NCBI GenBank assembly: GCA_018675335.1 | Contig: JABGYH010000007.1 | Location: 308,232 to 372,231 of the forward strand | Direction: 5' to 3' | Length of the DNA stretch: 64,000 bases | Source of the DNA: Candidatus Woesearchaeota archaeon | Lineage (GTDB): Archaea > Nanobdellota > Nanobdellia > Woesearchaeales > UBA11576 | In this document: piece by piece, positions 59,508 to 64,000 of the stretch | Position numbering within the stretch: position 1 is the stretch's first letter | Layout: each line of letters begins with the position of its first letter | Made by a program: the position numbers and the translations under genes | The notes under the pieces: generated by a model | What the model was told of the DNA's origin: nothing | The model's input: the letters and a program-made list of their open reading frames with translations, nothing else | Database searches by the model: none

Positions 59508-60701
59508 TTAATCTTTTCTTACCACTTCTAACTTAACAATCTGAAGAATGTCTTCAGGAGTTATCTTAATTGCATTATTGCCTTTCACCAAATAATCATT
59601 AATTTTTTTACTATAAACTCTTTCTTTTTGATGAATATTTGTTTCAATGCCATTAATATTTGCCTTGCCAATGTGATACTCTTGCGAATCTATAAAAGTG
59701 ATTTCTAAATAAATTTCATCAGATTCATCTTGTACATCAGAAAACTCATCCTCATCTAAATCAAAGAAATAAACTGGCTGAATAATTTCTTTTAATTCAC
59801 TCTTAATTTTGATTAAATCAATCAAGTAATTACCTTTAATTGTTTTAAACACGATTTGGTTCTCCCCATTACGAAGAATATCTGGAGAAAATTCAACAGT
59901 AATTGCAAAACCACAGTCAGGAACTGCATCATAAACTATGTGATTATTAATCAAAGCTTGAAGAGCTCCAACCGAACCAATTGAACATTCCGGCGTAAAA
60001 ACTAACTTTCCTCGCTTAAGATTATTTTTCTCAGTTGCACTTGCAATAAAAATATTACGACTCAATTGTTGACTAATATCAGTAATATCACCTGTAATTT
60101 GTAAGTTTTCAAGATTGTGTTTGTTCACTCTCCAAAAAGCAAGTCCGACATCTTCTGTAATAAATTCTAAACTATTAGCACCTTGTGCCAAATATTTTGA
60201 AGATAACTTAATAGGATCAGGATTTTCTTTAGTTATTGCTTGATTGAAAATTTCTTCGCCATTCAATAAAATTTGAAGATTTCCTCTACTTAGTTTAGAA
60301 ACAAATGTTAAAAGTAAGTTCTCAGTTTGAGACAAATCTTGAACTACAAATGAAAACTCTCCTGTTTTATCTGAAAACCAGCTCTTTTTCACAGACAGAC
60401 TATTTTGAGTATCAATAACTTTAGAATTTTCTGATGCAAAAATGTTTACTGGCGCAATGCTATGTTCAATATCTTTAGTTGAAATAGTAGTTAATGTGCC
60501 TGGAGTCTCAAGAAGTAAAGTAGTATTTTTATCATCATCGCCAGAATCTTTCGAATCTTCTGAATAATCACCTTCTAAAATATTCTGCCTCACTTGAGGA
60601 GGAATAAACAATAAGTAGAAAATAATTAATAAAGCAATTAATGCAACTAATGTTGCTGCCTTTGTACCATCTTCAGCTCTTTTATTTTTAAATAACTGCA
60701 T
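59508..60701 (-). CDS. Signal-anchored extracellular protein (N-terminal TM, ~360-aa ectodomain)
   Basis: N-terminal TM AATLVALIALLIIFYLLFIPP. Rest hydrophilic with two Cys pairs (PECSIG…PDCGF). Confidence 0.45.
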   Translation of the reverse strand: MQLFKNKRAEDGTKAATLVALIALLIIFYLLFIPPQVRQNILEGDYSEDSKDSGDDDKNTTLLLETPGTLTTISTKDIEHSIAPVNIFASENSKVIDTQNSLSVKKSWFSDKTGEFSFVVQDLSQTENLLLTFVSKLSRGNLQILLNGEEIFNQAITKENPDPIKLSSKYLAQGANSLEFITEDVGLAFWRVNKHNLENLQITGDITDISQQLSRNIFIASATEKNNLKRGKLVFTPECSIGSVGALQALINNHIVYDAVPDCGFAITVEFSPDILRNGENQIVFKTIKGNYLIDLIKIKSELKEIIQPVYFFDLDEDEFSDVQDESDEIYLEITFIDSQEYHIGKANINGIETNIHQKERVYSKKINDYLVKGNNAIKITPEDILQIVKLEVVRKD

Positions 60702-60837
60702 TTTTAACCTCTATTTTGAAAAACATTAAACAATTTGAATTATTTAAATGATAATTTAAAGATAAATAATATTTTAAATAATATAATACTTTGGATTAAT
60801 GAATAATTTTATATATAAATGTTTTTCTTTTTTATGT

Positions 60838-61893
60838 ATGAAAATAATTAGTTTTAAGAAAAATGAAGCAAAAGTCGAAATAGAAACTGCTGATGATTTA
60901 TGGTATCTGAGTAGTATTGTTGATAATTGCGACATTGTTGAAGGTAAAACTGAAAGAAAAATAAAAATTGGTGAAGCTACTGATCGGTCCCAAAAAATAG
61001 TACGAAAATGGGTTTACTTAAAATTAAGTGTTGAAAAAATTGAATTTCATAAATATTCCTCAAGTTTACGAATTAGTGGAAAAATAACTGAAGGACCAGA
61101 AGATGTCGCCAAAGGAAGTTACCATACATTCTCAATTGAACCTGGAACACAGATAAAAATTGTAAAAGAAACTTGGCTTTCATATCAAACAAAAAAACTA
61201 AAAGAAGCAAGTGAAAAAGCAAAATCAAAAATTTTAGTTTGCGTATTTGATCGTGAAGACGCATATGTTGGACTATTAAATCGACAAGGATATGAACTTT
61301 TAACTAAATTAAAAGGAAATGTTGCTAAAAAAGATGAAGCTAAACAAATTGTAACAAATTTCTATTCAGAAATTATAACTGTCCTAAAAGAATATGCAAC
61401 TAGATATAACGTTGAAAAAATAATTGTTGGCTCCCCTGCATTTTGGAAAGATGAATTTTTAAAAAATGTAAAAGACCCCGAATTTAAGAAAAAACTTGTA
61501 ATGGCCACTTGCAGCAGTGTTGATGAAAAAGCAATAAATGAAGTATTAAAACGACCTGAAACACAAACAGTACTAAAACAAGATCGAATTGCTCAAGAAG
61601 TACAATTAGTTGATAAAATATTATCTGAAATTTCAAAAGAAGGAAAAATCGCATACGGTATGTTTGAAGTTAAAAACGCAACCAATATGGGTGCCGTAAG
61701 TAAACTAATTGTAACTGACGGACTCATACAAAAACTAAGAGAACAAGAAACATTTGATGAATTAAATAGAATAATGAAAGAAGCAGACAAACAAAAAGCC
61801 GACATTGTAATTATTGATTCTGAAAATTCAGGCGGACAAAAACTTGACGGGATAAGCGGTGTTGCTGCAATACTTCGATTTAAATTGAATTAA
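60838..61893 (+). CDS. pelA: Pelota/Dom34 homolog (aPelota; mRNA surveillance/ribosome rescue)
   Basis: MKIISFKKNEAKVEIETADDLWYLSSIV… matches the Pelota N-terminus; eRF1-like central and C-terminal domains. Probable start at the internal Met (60838) rather than the track start at 60799. Confidence 0.75.
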   Translation: MKIISFKKNEAKVEIETADDLWYLSSIVDNCDIVEGKTERKIKIGEATDRSQKIVRKWVYLKLSVEKIEFHKYSSSLRISGKITEGPEDVAKGSYHTFSIEPGTQIKIVKETWLSYQTKKLKEASEKAKSKILVCVFDREDAYVGLLNRQGYELLTKLKGNVAKKDEAKQIVTNFYSEIITVLKEYATRYNVEKIIVGSPAFWKDEFLKNVKDPEFKKKLVMATCSSVDEKAINEVLKRPETQTVLKQDRIAQEVQLVDKILSEISKEGKIAYGMFEVKNATNMGAVSKLIVTDGLIQKLREQETFDELNRIMKEADKQKADIVIIDSENSGGQKLDGISGVAAILRFKLN

Positions 61894-61931
61894 AATTAAT
61901 TTGATCTTATTAATCATTACAAAAAACGCAA

Positions 61932-62330
61932 TTATTCGCCACCTTCTCTAAAAATATCAACAATAGATACAACAATAATTGGAAGTAACCCCACCGCTAA
62001 ATGACTCACTACTTCTTTATCAACCAAAATAAAAAAATTCAAAAAATCAATAACAAATAAATCATTAAATGCCGGTGATAACAACAATGCAGCACAAGCA
62101 ACCACAACTATTGCCTCGATTAAAATTCTAACCTTAACTTGTTCTTTAAACGCTGAAAACAATAAAATTAAAGAGTGAATAATTAAAAAAAAAGCAACAA
62201 TAACTGATAATAAAGATTTGAGTTCCGGAGTAAAAACATCAAAAAAATGATAGTGTTCAGACAATAAAATAACAATTGCTAAAACTAAAGAACTTGCCTG
62301 AATGATTTCTAATATACGCATAAGAGACAT
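61932..62330 (-). CDS. Small 4-TM membrane protein
   Basis: 132 aa, four hydrophobic helices; no family recognised. Confidence 0.35.
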   Translation of the reverse strand: MSLMRILEIIQASSLVLAIVILLSEHYHFFDVFTPELKSLLSVIVAFFLIIHSLILLFSAFKEQVKVRILIEAIVVVACAALLLSPAFNDLFVIDFLNFFILVDKEVVSHLAVGLLPIIVVSIVDIFREGGE

Positions 62331-62343
62331 TTTTTCACTTCAT

Positions 62344-63471
62344 TTATTTTAAAACATTAATTACTTCTAAATACATCATTTTTTCTTCATTGGTGGGAAT
62401 TACAAAAACTGAAACTTTGGACTTTTTTGAAGATATTTTAATATTATTTTTTTTGTTAAGATTAATATCAATATCAACACCCAAATATTTGAAATAACTA
62501 AGAATATTTTTTCTTATCCACCAAGCATGCTCGCCAATTCCTGCAGTAAAAAGAATTGCATCGACGCCATTTAACGTCGCAACATACGACCCAATATATT
62601 TTGCAACTCTATAACAAAAAACCTCTTCTGCTAGTTTTGCATCAGATATTTCTGATTTTTTAGATTTAGATGAATCTTTTTTGATTTGCGTGTGAATATC
62701 TCTCATATCACTAGAACCGCAAATACCTTTCAAACCACTTTGGCAATTAAGTAATTGATTTATTTGTTTTGAAGACATATTTTTTTGATCTTGAAGAAAT
62801 AATATGATTGCAGGATCTAAATCTCCTGATCTAGTACCCATAACTAAACCTTCAAGAGGAGTAAAACCCATTGAGGTGTCAACACTCTTGCCATTTTTAA
62901 TTGCGCAAACACTAGAACCATTGCCCAGATGACAAGAAATAATTTTCAAACGAGAAATTGGCTTTTTTAAAAGTTTTGCAGCAACTCCTGATACATAATT
63001 ATGACTTTCCCCATGAAAACCATATCTGCGAATTTTATTTTGCTTACAAAGAAGTTTTGGAAGCGCATATGTAAATGCTTTAGGGGGAATTGACGCATGA
63101 AATGCAGTATCAAAAATTGCTACTTGCGGAATTTTAAATAATTCTAAACAAGTTTTAATCCCCTCAATTTCAGGAATATCATGAAGAGGTGCCAACACAG
63201 ATATTTTTTCTAACTTTTTAACAACTGCCGCAGTTATTTTTTTTGATTCTTTAATATCTCCGCCATGAACAACACGATGACCTATTGCATGAATCTTGCA
63301 ATTAAAATCTTTATTAATTATTTTTATAAGATTTAGAAGTTCTTTTTTAAAATTAATAACTCTTTCAATTAATCCTTTATTAACTTGTTTGCCTTCAATA
63401 AATAATGCATATTTTATTGACGATGACCCTAAGTTAAGAATTAAAATGTTTTTTATTTTAGTTTTATTCAT
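62344..63471 (-). CDS. ackA: Acetate kinase
   Basis: N-terminal ILILNLGSSSIKYALF, HRVVHGG and FDTAFH motifs; 375 aa. Confidence 0.8.
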   Translation of the reverse strand: MNKTKIKNILILNLGSSSIKYALFIEGKQVNKGLIERVINFKKELLNLIKIINKDFNCKIHAIGHRVVHGGDIKESKKITAAVVKKLEKISVLAPLHDIPEIEGIKTCLELFKIPQVAIFDTAFHASIPPKAFTYALPKLLCKQNKIRRYGFHGESHNYVSGVAAKLLKKPISRLKIISCHLGNGSSVCAIKNGKSVDTSMGFTPLEGLVMGTRSGDLDPAIILFLQDQKNMSSKQINQLLNCQSGLKGICGSSDMRDIHTQIKKDSSKSKKSEISDAKLAEEVFCYRVAKYIGSYVATLNGVDAILFTAGIGEHAWWIRKNILSYFKYLGVDIDINLNKKNNIKISSKKSKVSVFVIPTNEEKMMYLEVINVLK

Positions 63472-63491
63472 TTTTTTATTGGAGTCTTCAT

Positions 63492-64000
63492 TTAATTTTT
63501 TTGTTTAATTTTTTTGATGTTTTTATTTGATTTATTTTTTGAATTTTTTAATTCCAGCACTTGAACTGATGTTAATGCTGCTAGCTCCACAATATCATTA
63601 ACACTACAGCCCCTACTTAAATCATTAACCGGCATTGAGAGTCCTTGAAGAAACGGTCCAATAGCTTTGGCATGAGCTAGACGTTCAACAAGCTTATATG
63701 AAATATTACCTGCATACAAATTTGGAAAAATTAAAACATTTGCATTACCTTTTAGAGGAGACAATGGTGCTTTAAGTTTTTGAACTGAGGGAACTAATGC
63801 TGCATCCACTTGAAGATCTCCATCAATTTTTATTTTAGGATGTTTTTTATTGACAATCTTAATTGCTTTTTGAATTTTTGCTAATTCATCATAATTTGCA
63901 CTTCCATGAGTTGAGAAAGATAATAATGCAATCTTAGGATTTAGCCCTAAATCTTTTGCTGAATTCCAACTATCAATTGCAATCTCGGCTAATGTTTTTG
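63492..64000 (-). CDS. pta: Phosphate acetyltransferase (C-terminal part; gene continues past the window edge)
   Basis: C-terminal Pta blocks (…ANVLIFPNLYAGNISYKLVERLAHAKAIGPFLQGLSMPVNDLSRGCSVNDIVELAALT). The reading frame stays open upstream of the track Met through base 64000. Confidence 0.75.
   Translation of the reverse strand, partial: KTLAEIAIDSWNSAKDLGLNPKIALLSFSTHGSANYDELAKIQKAIKIVNKKHPKIKIDGDLQVDAALVPSVQKLKAPLSPLKGNANVLIFPNLYAGNISYKLVERLAHAKAIGPFLQGLSMPVNDLSRGCSVNDIVELAALTSVQVLELKNSKNKSNKNIKKIKQKN

Noticed and set aside
63296-63508. 70-aa plus-strand ORF spanning the ack/pta junction
   Set aside because: Antisense to the 5' end of ackA and 3' end of pta; hydrophobic low-complexity translation typical of A/T-rich antisense frames.
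1-64000. rRNA genes, transposases, integrases, toxin-antitoxin or restriction-modification systems
   Set aside because: I found no 16S/23S/5S-like conserved blocks, and no ORF with transposase, integrase or methyltransferase-REase signatures. The only SAM-dependent MTases look like tRNA-modifying enzymes (Trm5, TrmI).

Overview
This window is a very AT-rich (roughly 28-30% GC by eye), tightly packed archaeal chromosome fragment. The gene set looks like a small-genome, DPANN-like archaeon. Archaeal information-processing genes include topoisomerase VI B and A subunits, RFC small subunit, FEN-1, archaeal DnaG, Hjc resolvase, RadB, ScpB, MBF1, ABCE1/RLI, aPelota, ribosomal protein uS2, RNase Z, tRNA-splicing endonuclease, Trm5 and TrmI methyltransferases, and a Fap7-RIO-KH(Dim2) ribosome-biogenesis cluster. 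Interleaved with these are surface-biology genes: a 3582-aa parallel-beta-helix surface protein carrying a very large number of N-glycosylation sequons, several secreted or lipoprotein families, and two GT-C-type membrane glycosyltransferase-like genes. An ack-pta acetate pathway lies at the 3' end of the window. I found four tRNA genes by eye, all containing introns. Two of them (Leu-CAA and Arg-UCU) appear to carry additional introns at non-canonical positions in the T-loop and D-loop. I found no rRNA and no CRISPR array. Further points of interest are a 118-bp tandem array that reiterates the promoter and first 9 codons of the RNase Z gene four times, palindromic operator-like motifs between divergent regulator genes, GC-rich structured intergenic islands that may be ncRNAs, and three tiny Zn-ribbon/short ORFs missing from the ORF track. 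Many antisense ORFs in the six-frame track look spurious and were not called.
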